Assembly (NCBI GenBank): GCA_000165425.1
Contig: CT868163.1
Span: 310,001-374,000 of the forward strand
Length of the DNA: 64,000 nucleotides
DNA from: Paramecium tetraurelia
Taxonomy: Eukaryota
Reading direction: 5' to 3'
The notes under the pieces were generated by a model. That model ran no database searches. It was not told the DNA's origin and saw only the letters and a list, made by a program, of their open reading frames with translations. Below are positions 34,184 to 47,822 of this stretch, one piece after another; position 1 is the first letter of the stretch; each line of letters opens with the position of its first letter. The position numbers and the translations under genes were made by a program.

Positions 34184-35854
34184 ATGGGGGGCTGTGGATC
34201 GAGAGAAAAAGAATTAAGAGAAAAAGTAGGATTCTCTTAAAGCGACTATGATTATGCACTAAAAAAATTCAGTAAGATGACAAAATAAAAACCAGGGTAT
34301 TTATAGTTTTTATAACAGGAAAGCAGATGAATATTTTAGTTTCGAAGGCTTTAAGCAATATTTTACTGAGAATCCTGTGTTAGCATAAAAGCTCTATATT
34401 TTTATGAGAAACTATGGGGGCTAAAATTATGTCGATAGCCTCACATTTCTTACAGTCGGTATGCTAAAATTATAATTTTAGTGGATCTATTTACTAGAGT
34501 TTCAATGAAATTGCAAAACTAACTGAAGAACTTGGACATATATACATTATTTACATTGGTGTCTTTATCAAGTCCAGATATTATGTAAAAGGATTCCTTC
34601 AATTTGAATAATGTGTACAAGATAAGTGTTAGCTATTCAAATGCAGTGAAGCTATTTAAAGTAACCTCTTCCTTGTCATTTTAGGAACTCATAAACATGT
34701 AGAGTGATAAAGGAGACATTTTATGCCATGATGACGATCAAGCACCAATTTTGATTATCAACAACATCTTTGAAAGTAAGGGAATCTCATATTAAATTAG
34801 ATCACTCCTTATTGAATTACAAAGCTTTTAATGATAAAATTAAAACAGAAGCTCCTCTTATTTGCAAAATTGTTAAGAATTACATAGCAGGCAAATTCGT
34901 TAATAAAACTTTGAGAAATACATTACCAAAATTAGACCCAAGTGAACTTATGAATAAATAATTGATAGGTATTAAATTTATGTCATTTTAAGCTTTACTC
35001 AATCTAAGTGTGCCATGGTTCTAGAAGTGTATTGCAATTAATTAAATTTATGAATACGAAGTGGATACAGGATAATAATACAATTTTAATATCCTTGGAA
35101 ATTGCTTACTCTAAGCCAAAGGGCCAAATATGATTCTATTTAGGCATTCCCAAAAGGATAAAGATGGCGAGAAATTAGAGAAATATGTATTCGGTTATTT
35201 TTCACCATCCTAATGGAGAGTCTCTCCTGATATTTCAGGAAATAAAGGATCTTTCATATTCTCCATCCATCCCAAATTCAAAATATTTTCAACTAATGGT
35301 TAACAATAAAGTAAATTTGCTTTGCTAGTTCCAATCATTACAAAGAGATAAAGTTAAACACTCCATTCACCTCTGAAATAAGGACCAAAATAACCTGGCT
35401 TGGGAATAGGAGGAAGTGGTTATGATCATCATAGAATTTGGATTGATGGGAAATAACTCTAGGCAAGTAGATTAGTGGAAGAGGATAAAACATTTTAAAG
35501 TGGTTCAATATTACCTGAAGATATACATTTGCTAAATGTAAGTATTTTGATTGATTGATTTATTTTTAAGATTGACCTAATAGAAATATGGGATCTACAA
35601 TTAAGCACTGTAGGACAAGGCACTTCTTATTTTAAATCAACATCTCCTCATGTGCATTTTGGTGATGCTGAAAAAAGAATTAACTAAAATCAATTGAGAG
35701 ATTTGATTATTACCTTAAATTAATAATAAGGAAGAAATGACTATGTATCACAAATATTTAATGTTTTTAGAGAAGAGATACAAGGGAATTTTAGACTACC
35801 AATCCCTTGCTTCCAATAAATGAAGAGGAGGAGGAAAAATAATAAGCAAAATGA
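34184..35854 (+). CDS. TLDc-domain protein (MEAK7/TLDC1-like) with predicted N-acylation
   Basis: MGGCGS start; YVFGYFSPSQW, GNKGSFIFSIHP, GLGIGG, RIWIDG, IEIW. Confidence 0.8.
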
Positions 35855-35884
35855 TATTTATATTATATAATTAAAATATAATTT

Positions 35885-36559
35885 ATGGAGTCACCAGTTT
35901 TATCCAAACAATTAGAATTGTCTGAATTGAAATAGATTATCAAAAACAGGTTTTCTTTTGATAGAAGGAAAGTAATATTCTTTACATTGAATTCATGTTT
36001 ATTGGGATTAGCAGTATTTAGTTTATTTTCTGCCATTACTCTTGAAAGCAATTCATAAATCTTTAGAATCAGAACTTATTTGACAGATATCAATTTATCT
36101 AACAGGGAGTAGGCTAGAAAATTGGAAACGATATTGATTCCTTAAAATATTGCTTAATTATGTACTATTGTTGCTTCAATTATTGGTTATTATGGAATAT
36201 ACCAAAAGTCTTAAAAGGTAATTGGTATTTGAATACGATTAGATCTTACATTTATTCCCTATCAGTTTAGGAATTAGTTTGGCTTTCAGAACAATAGCTA
36301 CAATAGTGATTATCTCATATTTTAATACAATAAAATCTGTATAAAATTATCAAAAATATAGGTATTTGAGGAGGAAGTAGGAACTTTTATAACATTGCAA
36401 ATATTATTTTTGGCTTTCAATTGGTTGTTTTGTGTTTTCGCTTATCAACAATTCAAGAAAGCCTAAGTTGAATATCATATAGTCACTAAGGATAGGGAGA
36501 GATTAATTATGGATAACAATATGGCTTATGAATTAATAAAGAAAATCATAAAAAATTGA
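35885..36559 (+). CDS. Hypothetical membrane protein
   Basis: Code-6 frame with several hydrophobic stretches. Confidence 0.55.
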
Positions 36560-36604
36560 TTTATTGTGTTATAATACATATACGCATTAATATTTTACAT
36601 AAAT

Positions 36605-37327
36605 TCACTACTTGTTAAAATAGAAATAATCCTAAGGGTTCATTATTTTACTCAAAATATCGCCTATTACTGAGAGATACTTAATTTTGTCTTGTAGATT
36701 TGATCTCAAAATTTGTGCATATGCATGTTTCTAAAAAAATTCAATTGACAAAGTTTAAAAAAGAGATTTGAATATATCTTAAATTCTTTTAGTATTTGAG
36801 GGATTGGAATAGCACAACATAAGCATTTCCTCTAAGGCTTTAAATTCGATTGAATTGATCCAGGCCCAGAAATGAGGCAATAAATTTTGGTTGTCTGCAA
36901 AATATAGTTTTACCTTATCGATTGACGTTGTATCTTCAGTAATAAATTTCATTTGACTCTTAATTAAATATAGCCTAATTGGAGAGTCTTCGTTACTATC
37001 TTAGGACTTTGAGGTTCCTTGTTTTTGATATTATATTTAAGTAATGAGATTATTGACAGCCTCTGATTATTCTTGCTGAACAGTTTTGTTTTCCCCAATC
37101 TAATTCAGAATTTTGTTAGACTATGCTTATTAGATAAGCTATTATAAAAAGCTTAAGGGTATTGTGACAGCTGGAGTGAAGCATTTTTAAAATTAGAATT
37201 ATAAATTAAGTTATGGATATTTAGTTGTTTGAGGTTAAGAGCCATTCTAATCATGCTAATTCTGAACAATTCTAACTGGAGCCACTTTCACTGTCTTTTT
37301 GGTTTCTTAATATGGTTCAAATCTCAT
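36605..37327 (-). CDS. Hypothetical protein
   Basis: Code-6 ORF MRFEPYQETKKTVKVAP.. Confidence 0.55.
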
Positions 37328-37400
37328 AAAACTAGATTTTATAAATTTGGGTTTACTTTTTTAAATAATATTTTTTATAAAAAAATATTTATATACTAAA

Positions 37401-38421
37401 ATGTATAGAGAGATTCAAATGAAGAAAATATTTAACAACACCTATTTACTTGGAGTGGTCTTTTTTATCATATGGGTCTTCCTATCAATGGTTTACATAA
37501 CATTAATAAATCCTTACTCACTTGAATTTTCCCAAATCATATATATACTTTGGATTCCATTTTTCATATTTTATTTGATGGTTGGATGGTCAATGGTCAG
37601 ATGCGTAATAAGTGATCCTGGAAAAGTATTTTCTATATAAAATTCAGGTTCCCATTTATTGGGGAGTTTTATTGGACGATTAGGAATAAAAGAAAAGACG
37701 ATATTGTTTAATTTGCCATATTTTTAAACCTGAACGATGTCACCATTGCTCAACGTAGCTATATTATAATAATTTCAAAGATGTCAAAGATGTGTTTTAA
37801 ATATGGATCATCATTGTCCATGGATTGGAAATTGTGTGGGATATCAAAATCGTAAGTTTTTTATTTTGTTTCTTTTCTATATAAATTTAACAGTCTTATT
37901 TGGCATTGGAATCATCGCCTTCTAAGTTTATCCAATTATTATGGATCTTATCTTTGTAGATTGGAGACTTCTAATTGAGAAATATAATGTTATCCCTACT
38001 CTCTTACTGTAACAAATTAAAAAAATATTAGAGCATCAATCATTCTTGTATTCGGAGTAGTCATATTCAATTTCTTTCTGTTTCACTTAGATTTAGTTTC
38101 AACTAACAAAACAACCATAGACACTTTGGAGGTAAGAAGAAATGGAAACAACCCCCAAATTCCTCTGAATGCTTATGACATAGGGTAAACGATTTAAATG
38201 TATATTTCAGATTCAAAGAAAACTGGTTATAAGTCATAGGAATTAATTCTTGGCTCTGGCCTTTCCCAATGTTCGGAGAAAGCGGAAGACCAAAAGGAGA
38301 TGGAGTTAGGTGGGAGCGTAATTAAAACTAATTAACAATGACCGAATAGAATGTTACCCACAGAACCTAAACAAACTAAAATTAAAGAAGCGAAATGACT
38401 TAGCCTCAATAAAGAGTTTGA
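37401..38421 (+). CDS. DHHC palmitoyl acyltransferase
   Basis: [40 protein letters not shown], four TM segments. Confidence 0.95.
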
Positions 38422-39324
38422 AATAATAATTTATATCAAAATATTAATATCCTCCCAAGCACATTTTTCTGGTCTATCTTGTGATTAGACTTCCTTAAAA
38501 AGAATTCAACATCCCTATTGAACAACTTAGTTGAGCCTAAGAGTAAAATACATTAATTTCATTAATTATTTATCTAATTCATAATTGAATTTATTCATTT
38601 TTAAGAATTAAGAGGGTGAGACTGTTATACTATTTTTATAATATTTCAAAGAATATTTTGCATCAAACCAGACAAAAATTTAGAATATAGAATTTAAGTT
38701 ATTCATAATATAAGTCTGATCTTTACCATAAAGGCTATGATTGATTAAGCACATAAATCGATCAGATTTTTTAAATTTAATAAACTTTTATTTAGTATTA
38801 ATTATAACACTTTTTAATTTTCAAAAATTATAATTATATAGGTGTAAATTTGAAAAAATGAATTTCCTCTCATTATTAAATAATAAGTTTACTTCGCTTT
38901 GAATGAATCAAAAGTGTGTGGTTTTTAAATTCTATTCTGATTATTAAAATTTAAATATCTTGGCACATATTTCACATCTAAATATGTTGCTTGACTTTGA
39001 TTTAATTAAATAACTAAATGAAATTATATTGATTAATTAGTATAAACTAGAATGTATTGAAATGAATGTATCTTAAGATAAAATTCGTTAATTTATATAT
39101 TTATTTTATTTCTAATTCATTTTAAGAAGAATTACATTACAGCTCTTACATTAGAATTGCTTATTTAAATTCAAAATGTTTATTTTTTGCAAGAGAACAC
39201 AAGAAAATAAAGTAATAAAAATAACTTTAGAATAACTTAAAACTTGGGAATAATTGTGAAAAAAATAATAATTATTAAAAACTTAAATATTTCCCACCCT
39301 TAATTTTCTATTTAATTAATAAAA

Positions 39325-40008
39325 ATGGAGGCTAATTAAGTCAACGACTAAGTCATAAAATCGTTATTATACTAAAAAAAGGTATGTGCATTAAACAAAT
39401 ATTAGTATAAAGAATTAGTTGATGCAGCAACTTAATTGGGTTTAGTGAAATCATACTCGAAAATGAAATATGACGGAATAATTTACTCAATTGGCTAGCT
39501 AGTTTAGTTATCAATTGACGGGAATAGGGACAAGAAAACATATGGAAAGTTAATAGGGTTTTGTAATTTGCAGGTGGATGAATATTTGATACCCATGATC
39601 AAAGTGCAAAAGTACATTAATAAATTGGAATTGCCCTCAAAGTTAAAAGAGTTATAGGAAGGGATAAGTGAGTTTGAATTGTTTTAATCAGAGATAGAGG
39701 AATGGTTGTTTTGCACTTAAATTGATCATGAAATAAGGTTAATAACAATAAAGGAATATGAGGAAATGACAATCTAAAATGAGAGAACGTATTTTACAAG
39801 GGCTGATTATAACGTAGAGAAGGATAAGTTTACGCCTCCAATTTCGAAGTGGAATAGAATCTGTATTTGCAATCAAATATCAAATCCTGATAAATCGTAT
39901 ATTCAATGTGAAAAATGTTTAAAATGGTTACATTACGAATGCGCTGGTGTTTAAGCATAATTGGCTCAAGACATGAATTTCTATTGTGCAATGTGCAGGA
40001 AGAAATGA
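39325..40008 (+). CDS. BAH-PHD protein (EBS/SHL-like architecture)
   Basis: ISEFELFQSE, YFTRADYN..FTP, CICNQISNPDKSYIQCEKCLKWLHYECAG..FYCAMC. Confidence 0.85.
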
Positions 40009-40081
40009 AATGAATTGGAATTCAATTAAAAATCTATCTAATGATCTATAATAATTTTCTAAATTATTATCTAAATAAATA

Positions 40082-41108
40082 TCATTTTGAATATAAATCC
40101 ATAATATTGATGGGTCCATTCGTTTGAATTGGTTGTTAGAACTTTTATTATTAATATGGGAATGTCTATTACTACAATTACTATTATTAATAAAGGTGTT
40201 AATAATTTGTTTACTAATTATAAAACCCATTATTTTGTTATTGTCCCATATTGGATAAATAAGCATAATTCGAGTTCTTATTCGGTATAATTTGTTATGA
40301 CTGTTGTGTCTATTGCGATTCCGATTTGTAGAGTGTAAGTATGTCCAGAGAAGGTAATGAATGGATTGGTGGATTGACATGAGGAGTCGATTGTACAAAT
40401 TCATTGAAATCCTTCTCAGGTGACAATGATCTAGTCGTACCTTAATGAGTATTTAATCCCTGGGTTTCTTCAACTTGTACAATTGGTTTTTTGACTCCAA
40501 ATAAGTCATCATCCAAATCAATCAAATCTCCCAATTTTACTTTGGGTTCCTCTACTTTTGTCTCTTATTGATTGAAATAAAAAGGCTTGACTGATCTAAT
40601 TAAGAATATGAGGTGAACATTACGTTTTGGTTAGAATGTATTATTGTTTAGGATCTGGACAAGATATTTAAGGTATGAATCTCTTCTTAACATACTTCTC
40701 CTATACGAATCTAATTAATGAATCCAGACCTTAATTAATAGTAGGTTTGCTATTTGAGGGATATTCGGAATTATTTACATAAAATCTTTTGGCATTTTAT
40801 TTTCCCAATAAGAATTTGCAGTGCCATTGCCGATAGATTCCATAATGTCGATATTTTCTTAATACCATCCATCAATATTGGTTGACCTTACTCTAGTGAC
40901 ACTAGGACCTAATGTTCGATGGGCTCCTAATAAAAATGAGAAATGAAGTTGAACCTGCACAATCCATACATATGAATATTCCGTAATCTAGACTGACCCA
41001 TCTAGGTCCTTTTGTTGCACAGTCAGCACAATTCAAATTTTCAGGTCTTTTGAGAATTAAAGCAAATATTTTTTCTTGTGCTTTGGCTGGTATGTATTAT
41101 TTATTCAT
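40082..41108 (-). CDS. ArfGAP with Q/N-rich tail
   Basis: [42 protein letters not shown]; DLIDL and NPF motifs in tail. Confidence 0.92.
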
Positions 41109-41187
41109 TATATTTGAAATTATCAGTCCTATAAATATTTTAATGATTTTTTGAGCTTTAATGTTCAGAATTTTGATGATCTATTCA

Positions 41188-43440
41188 ATGTCAAAATTAT
41201 AATAATATCTATCTGATCTGAAAACACACCAAGAAGAAGAAATCGAAATATAGATTGATCAACCCAATAAACCAGAAAATAGCGATGATTCAGACGATGA
41301 ATAGAATGAAATTCTCAATGAGATTCTCAAATGCATGTAAAAGGGATTGTCAGAAAGAGTCTTTGACTTTGACATTACCAATTAAATCAGATTGATTGAT
41401 GTTGATGACATGAACAAAAGCGCCTTGTATCTTGATGCCTTGGCCTGGCTCTATTCCAATAGAGTAGATAGAACCTACGTGGAGAGTCTCAAGTTAAAGG
41501 TTAATTTATTAAGAGCGTATGACACAACCACTGTCCCGAATGTTGCTCCCTAAAAGAAAAGCAAATAACAATAATAACCTTAATAAGTAACATAGAAAAC
41601 TATTCATCTCAATCGAAATGTGGAACTCAAAGAGATTACCAAATATGGGGAATCTACTCTTGATTTCAAACCTTACACTCATCAATATGATACACTTTAG
41701 ATCAATCCATTCTTCAATCAAACAAGCAAATCCTTAGATATGCAGGACTTGAATACCTTAATTATTTACAACCCTTAATTCGATGAGAATCTAGCCATAA
41801 TAATCGATCCTGATTAACTCTTGAAAGTAAATGAGCAGAACAAGAATATTTTGACAGGCTTTATCAAGTTGGAAATAGACACATCAGTCCTTGACTATTC
41901 CAATTTAGTCTCTAAACAATTCAAGATGAGTTTCAACGAAATTAATGATTTTAGAGAGAGATACAAATATCTACTCAATAAAAAAGATACTCAATCTGCT
42001 AAATTGGAAAAAAGCTAACAAATTGCTATTGATAAATTTATCAATGATTTTCGTGTTTATGATGAAAAATTAAAATAGGCACAATAAACAATTGACCAAT
42101 AATAGTAATCTCTCTCTTAATTAAGTGTTGAGGAACAATAATTCATAAGTTTGAATCAGCAATATTAATAATAACTTAGAATTAACCCTACTGAAATAGA
42201 TACCGATTAGTAAGATTTACTTTTGAGAAACAAAATTGCACAATTGAATATTGATTCAGGACCCTCATAAGGGGATAATCTAAATTAGACAAGAAATCAA
42301 TAAGGTAGTGTATAGAACTTAGTTCAGTAAATTAATCAGATGGATGTTGAGGAGTTCAATAACTAATTGCCTGAGCTTCTGCCTGATCCTTTTGATGAAG
42401 ATTAGCTAAATGAAAATAATAAGTTATAATTAACCGAAGAATAGAGATAGTTACAATTAGAGCAATTCAAAATAAACCAAGAAAAGAACAAGATTTTAAG
42501 AGAACAATTTTAAAAGCAATAAAAAGAGACAGCCGAAAAATAAGCATAAATATAAGAAGAGCTGAAATAACTTAGTTATTAATAGTAATTTCAGGATATA
42601 TTTAATGATGTGAATGCTCCAATTGATGAATGGGATTTGGAATAGGAGGAAGAATTTGATTAAGATTTAGCACCTTATGAAGAATAATAATAAATACAGA
42701 AAACTAATAATTAACAATAAGTAGTATAACAATAGTAGACAAATGTTAAGAAGAAACAAAAGAAGGTCTATCCAGATACATTTAATTTTGACGATGCAGC
42801 AGAATTAAATAGGTTTCTTATTTTAAATACGGTTGGAAATACTTAGAGGGACTTCGGTCAAAGAGAATTGACATTAAAATGCCTAGCTGATAATTGTTAA
42901 GATTTTGACTATTATCGTTATTTCGAGTACTTTACAAGGGAATATACTGGATTTTTGGAAGAAGAAGAACACTAACAGGCAGTTCCCATAGCAGGACCAG
43001 AAAATTTTGGATTAGATGAAATACAAATCTAAGTGTAATTAGAGGAGACCAATTACATGATAGAAAATTATTAGAATGACTTAGAATACTACATATTGCC
43101 TTTTAGAGTATAAGCTAATAACAATAATGAGCCAATTACAATTAAATAATTGTAGGTCATTTTGGAAAGAGTTATTGATGAGATTAAAGGTTAGGTTGAA
43201 TTCATAAAAATAGAAAAGACAATGCCTTTGATTATAAATGAGAAAATTAGTAAGAGTAAGTTATTTGCTGCTCTTTTGTTTGTAGCAAAAAATAAAGGAT
43301 ACAAGTTAGAATAAAAGAATAACTCATTTAATGATATTCTAATCATAAAAAAGGAGCAATCAAATACTATTGAGCTCGATAACGAGGAATACAATCGTAA
43401 CGAATCGCAAGTTAATGAGGCTATGTAAATTGAAAGATGA
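41188..43440 (+). CDS. Divergent condensin kleisin (CAP-H/Cnd2/barren family), intronless, about 750 aa
   Basis: MNKSALYLDALAWLYSNRVDRTYVESLKL; INPFFNQTSKSLD..IIIDP; ISKSKLFAALLFVAKNKGYKLEQ..FNDILI. Confidence 0.75.
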
Positions 43441-43478
43441 TTTATATTTTATACTAAATGATATAATTAATTAATAAA

Positions 43479-45502
43479 TCAATCAAGATTTGTATTGAAT
43501 TTCCTAAATTTCTTATGTTAATTTAATTCAGAGATTTGTATACCAAAGTAGACGAATATTTGATTTAGAAGCTGACAACTTTTTGGAGTCATAGTTAGTT
43601 CTGAAGAATCTTCAATTTGTTTTAACATAGAGATAATATCATCTACCTTGATAAATAATCCCTCTATGTATTTTATTTAAAAATACCCTAGACAATGTAT
43701 GATAATTGTTCTATGATATGCTAAATAGTTGAATCAGCTAATTTGTATTATTGAGCCAGATTTTAAAGCCATAATCTTTATTCCTTATTTCGAAGAAAGA
43801 AATTCTGACGCGCTTTTTCAGCCACTTTTCTTACTTTTTAGATATTCTCTTATCTTTAATTCTAATTTACTGTTAGAGACCTTGATCTAATACTGGAAGT
43901 CAAAGGACGATCCTTTTACAAAGTTGTAACTAATTCAGTGAATTTATTGTTGAATTTCATTCTAGTTGTGTAGAAATCTTCATAAAATTAGAAATTATTA
44001 CCTTAGCATTGTTTAACTAATTTAACTTCATTGTTATTAACTTGTTAGATAAACTTCTGATTGTATTATTTTTTCACTCCTCTACGATTGTCCATATTAA
44101 TTTGGCCCTACTACTTTTGGGATTAGAGTTCTGGGAATTCTAATTTTGAATGAAATTCATTCTCTTCACAAGTTGTAATATCATTAATCTTTTAAGATAT
44201 TCTTTCCACAAAAGTTTAAGGAGATACATTCCTCAAACTCTATTTTTGAGAGTAACTATCATTATTACGAAAGTTTTGGAATATTTCTCTTGATTCATCC
44301 TTTTTCAGTCTAGCTAAAGGAGTATATGGTTTTAATAGTTATCCATCTATCATAGAGATTATATATTCTCGATGTCCCTTGCTTGTGTTTAATTTATTGA
44401 TATCAAAACTCTAATGTAATTTCTGAATCGATCCTTAATTGTTTCTTGCTATAAACACTTCTCTCTAAGAGTCTTTGATATTTTATTTATAATTTGCTTT
44501 GTCAACTCTACTTATTCTTTGCTTTTCTCTATGTTTATTATGTGATACTGTTACTTCTGATATTGATATAAGCAGTTATCAACTTCATTTTGCTGGTGAA
44601 CAGATTCCTCCTTTTTTGGAGAGGTCTTGCCTGAATTCATTTAATTAATTTCAGTTTTTGACTTATTTTTAAGTTTTCTTTTCATTTCCTTTAATTCAGA
44701 TAAATTTAATTGATTCATATCTTAGAGTTTAGGGATGTGATAATTGAAATTATCAATACTAATTGTTGATAATAATCGATTACATATATTGAAATTCTTC
44801 AAATTGATTTCTGCTTCGCTTGTATTAATCAAGACTTAATTTCCTTCTTAAATCTTGAATCTAACTTTAATAATTCAAGGTACTCTCAGGATCAATGGTG
44901 TCAGGTTCTTGCAATATTTGGTATTTAAGATCATAAGATAAAGTTAGGACTTCCTCGATAACCTTTAAAGTGATTTGCTTAGATTCAGAAATGATTGGTT
45001 CTAAGAAACTCTCATTTCTGTTAATCCATTTTTTCCATTCATTAATCGCCTTTTGTTTATCTTCGAGTTCAACAGTTTTAATACGTTTTAGTTTGTCTTT
45101 TCTATCATATGTATTGTTTTCGAAAAGGTCCACATAAGTTTGAAAGAGGTTTAAGAGTGCTGATAGTTAATTTATTTCAAGCATTTGTGATTTATTCAAT
45201 CCTTGTTTATTATGATTCTAAACATAAATCACTAATTTTCTTAAATATTATAATTCTATTTTTATTTATTATTTGCATTCCTCCAATTTAGTTAATAAAA
45301 TCCATTTGGTAGTGGTTTCCTTCTTGATCACCTTGTAAACTTTCTAGCAATCCTACAAATCTTGCAATCGTAAATCTCTTGCATCATAATGTTCAATTAA
45401 ATTGGTTTGTATCTTATTGGCATCCTATTAATCATTTTCTTGCTGAAGTCCAAATCTCAATCTAGAAACAATCTTAGCAGTCTATGGTTTGATATCACTC
45501 AT
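43479..45502 (-). CDS. Hypothetical protein
   Basis: Frame from MSDIKPQTAKIVSRLRFG continues in-frame through the track ORF 44867-45133. Confidence 0.6.
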
Positions 45503-45542
45503 GGTAACTGAAATATTAAATATTTAATATAAATATAAATTT

Positions 45543-46099
45543 ATGGAGTCATAAAAATATACTTCTCCATATGCTAAATTGTAATCAATAATTTTAAATA
45601 TAGATGGGAATAGAAGGATTGGAGAGAAGTACTTAAACAGGAGATCAAGACAAATGATCCTAATGCAAAAATAACAAATAAGGCTCTAATTGAATAATAC
45701 TTTAAAAGATATATGATGCTTCAACCTACCGATAAGGCCAATCTTATTGTCAATCATCCTGCATTACTACAAGTATATCCTTATTCTAAGAAGGTGGACA
45801 AAGAAAAAATTGACAAAGTGACTAATGATACAATGATGAGTTTAGTTAATGCTACATCTGGTTGCACAGTGGCCTCATTGCTATTCTACAAAATATTATT
45901 GAGTAAAAGAAGAATCTTCTACGACTTTTATCGAAAGGGTCGACTCTCATTTGTGAAAAAACCAATATCCGTGTTCCTTTTATTCATGAGTTGGGGTGCT
46001 GGCTTATCCTATGGTTATAAACAAACAATTCCATTTGAATTATTCAAACAAGGGATGTACAAAAAATACCTCATAGAGTATGATAAAGTATATTTATGA
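45543..46099 (+). CDS. Hypothetical membrane protein
   Basis: MESQKYTSPYAKL, intron, then joins track ORF 45713-46099; two hydrophobic segments. Confidence 0.7.
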
Positions 46100-46292
46100 G
46101 TAATATGTAAATGAAATACTTCTTTAACATTCTCTCTATATATAAATTAACACTAAAATGAAGTATAAACTAGAATATTTGATATCAAGTAGGTTATATC
46201 AATGCGAATTATTTATATATTCTTTATTTTAATAAATTGTTTGTATATGCTGTAATTATTGTAATTAAATTATATCATTTAATTGACATAAG

Positions 46293-47299
46293 ATGGTAAA
46301 TTCATGAATTCCACGTATTTTAGGCATCTCTTTTGAACATGGTTTAAGGGCAACCGATAATTGAAGTCACATTGGATGGAATAGAGACTCGGAAACACAC
46401 TAGATTTGTGGATAAACAACTAGGTGCATTAAAATTGCCGGTTTACACAGTAATTAGATTGGTCATTCATTTAATTATAGGGTGATGATGACATCTCAGG
46501 CGTGGTGGAAGTGAAGATGAATAAATAGAAGAAAATAGAACACATGGGTATAAGAATCGAATTGGTTGGACGCATAGGTAAATGTTAAATTGAATAAACA
46601 AGAAATTATTAATGATTAAAAACAGAGCTCAGATTTTATGTCTATGTCCAGAGAATTAGAACCTTAAGGAATCCTATTTGAAGACAAAGCTTATAAATTT
46701 TAATTTTAGAAGTTCGAAAAGCAAAATGAGAGTTATTATGGCAATACTGTGAGATTACGATATTACTTGAAGATTTACATGACCAGAAGTTATGGCAAAG
46801 TATAGAAGGAAGTGGATTTTGCTGTTTTAATCTCTTAACCTGAATTGGAGGAACAACCTTAAACATCATTAAAATTAGAAGTATATATCAACTCTTAAAT
46901 TAGGTTGGAATTGAAGAATGTTTGCATATCGATTTTGAATATTTCAAGAGTAAATATCATTTGAGAGATGTCGTTACAGGAAAAGTGAATTTCTATTTGG
47001 TCAAAATCAAAATAAAATATATGGAATTGGCAGTGATCAGAAAGGAACAATATGGTCAAGGACAATAACAATAAACAGACAACGAGACACTTGTAAAATA
47101 CGAATTGATGGATGGTTGTCCTTAAAAAGGAGAAGTGATCCCAATCAGATTATATTTAAGTGGAGTCGATATCACACCATCTGTTAAGAATGTTAATGGC
47201 AAATTTAGTGTTAAATACATTCTGAATCTGATTTTAGTAGATGAAGATGATAGAAGATATTTTAAATAACAAGAGATAACAATATATAGAAAGAAATGA
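46293..47299 (+). CDS. VPS26: Retromer subunit Vps26
   Basis: [63 protein letters not shown]. Confidence 0.95.
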
Positions 47300-47400
47300 T
47301 GTATTAATATCATTATAACACATCTATATTATTATTAATATTCATATTTATATCATTTAATGATCTAATATCCATTTTCATTATTTTTCTTATAAATTAC

Positions 47401-47781
47401 TCAAATCCTATATATATCTAAGATAATATGGTTTAAATAACGTTACCCAGAACCTTATTTCCTATCTATTGATATTAATAACAAAGATTTATATTTAAGA
47501 CCTGATATTTATTTATAAGTTTCGTGTTTAATTATGTATTTCACAATTTAGGTTGCTTCAGTACCAAAAGTAAACGTTTATCTTCTACATAGATGTTTTA
47601 ATGAGTCATTAACTTTAACACTTTTTCTTTTTATAGAATTGAATTGAATTATTTTCTAAATTCTTATTTTAATGAATAATAAGTTCTTGATTATAACTGT
47701 TAGTAATGAATGAAATCGTTTATATTCATAGTGATGTAGATGCCAACGAGTAGATGATATAGTTTAGGCAATTAATTGCAT
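47401..47781 (-). CDS. Possible 126-aa hypothetical protein or degenerate ORF
   Basis: Uninterrupted code-6 ORF ATG 47781 to TGA 47401; no motif. Confidence 0.25.
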
Positions 47782-47822
47782 TTTTAAACAAAAAATTCAT
47801 ATTTATAAAATATATGTATAAT

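Noticed and set aside
39928..40404. 158-aa Asn-rich track ORF
   Set aside because: Wrong frame of the ArfGAP tail, and overlaps the BAH-PHD gene
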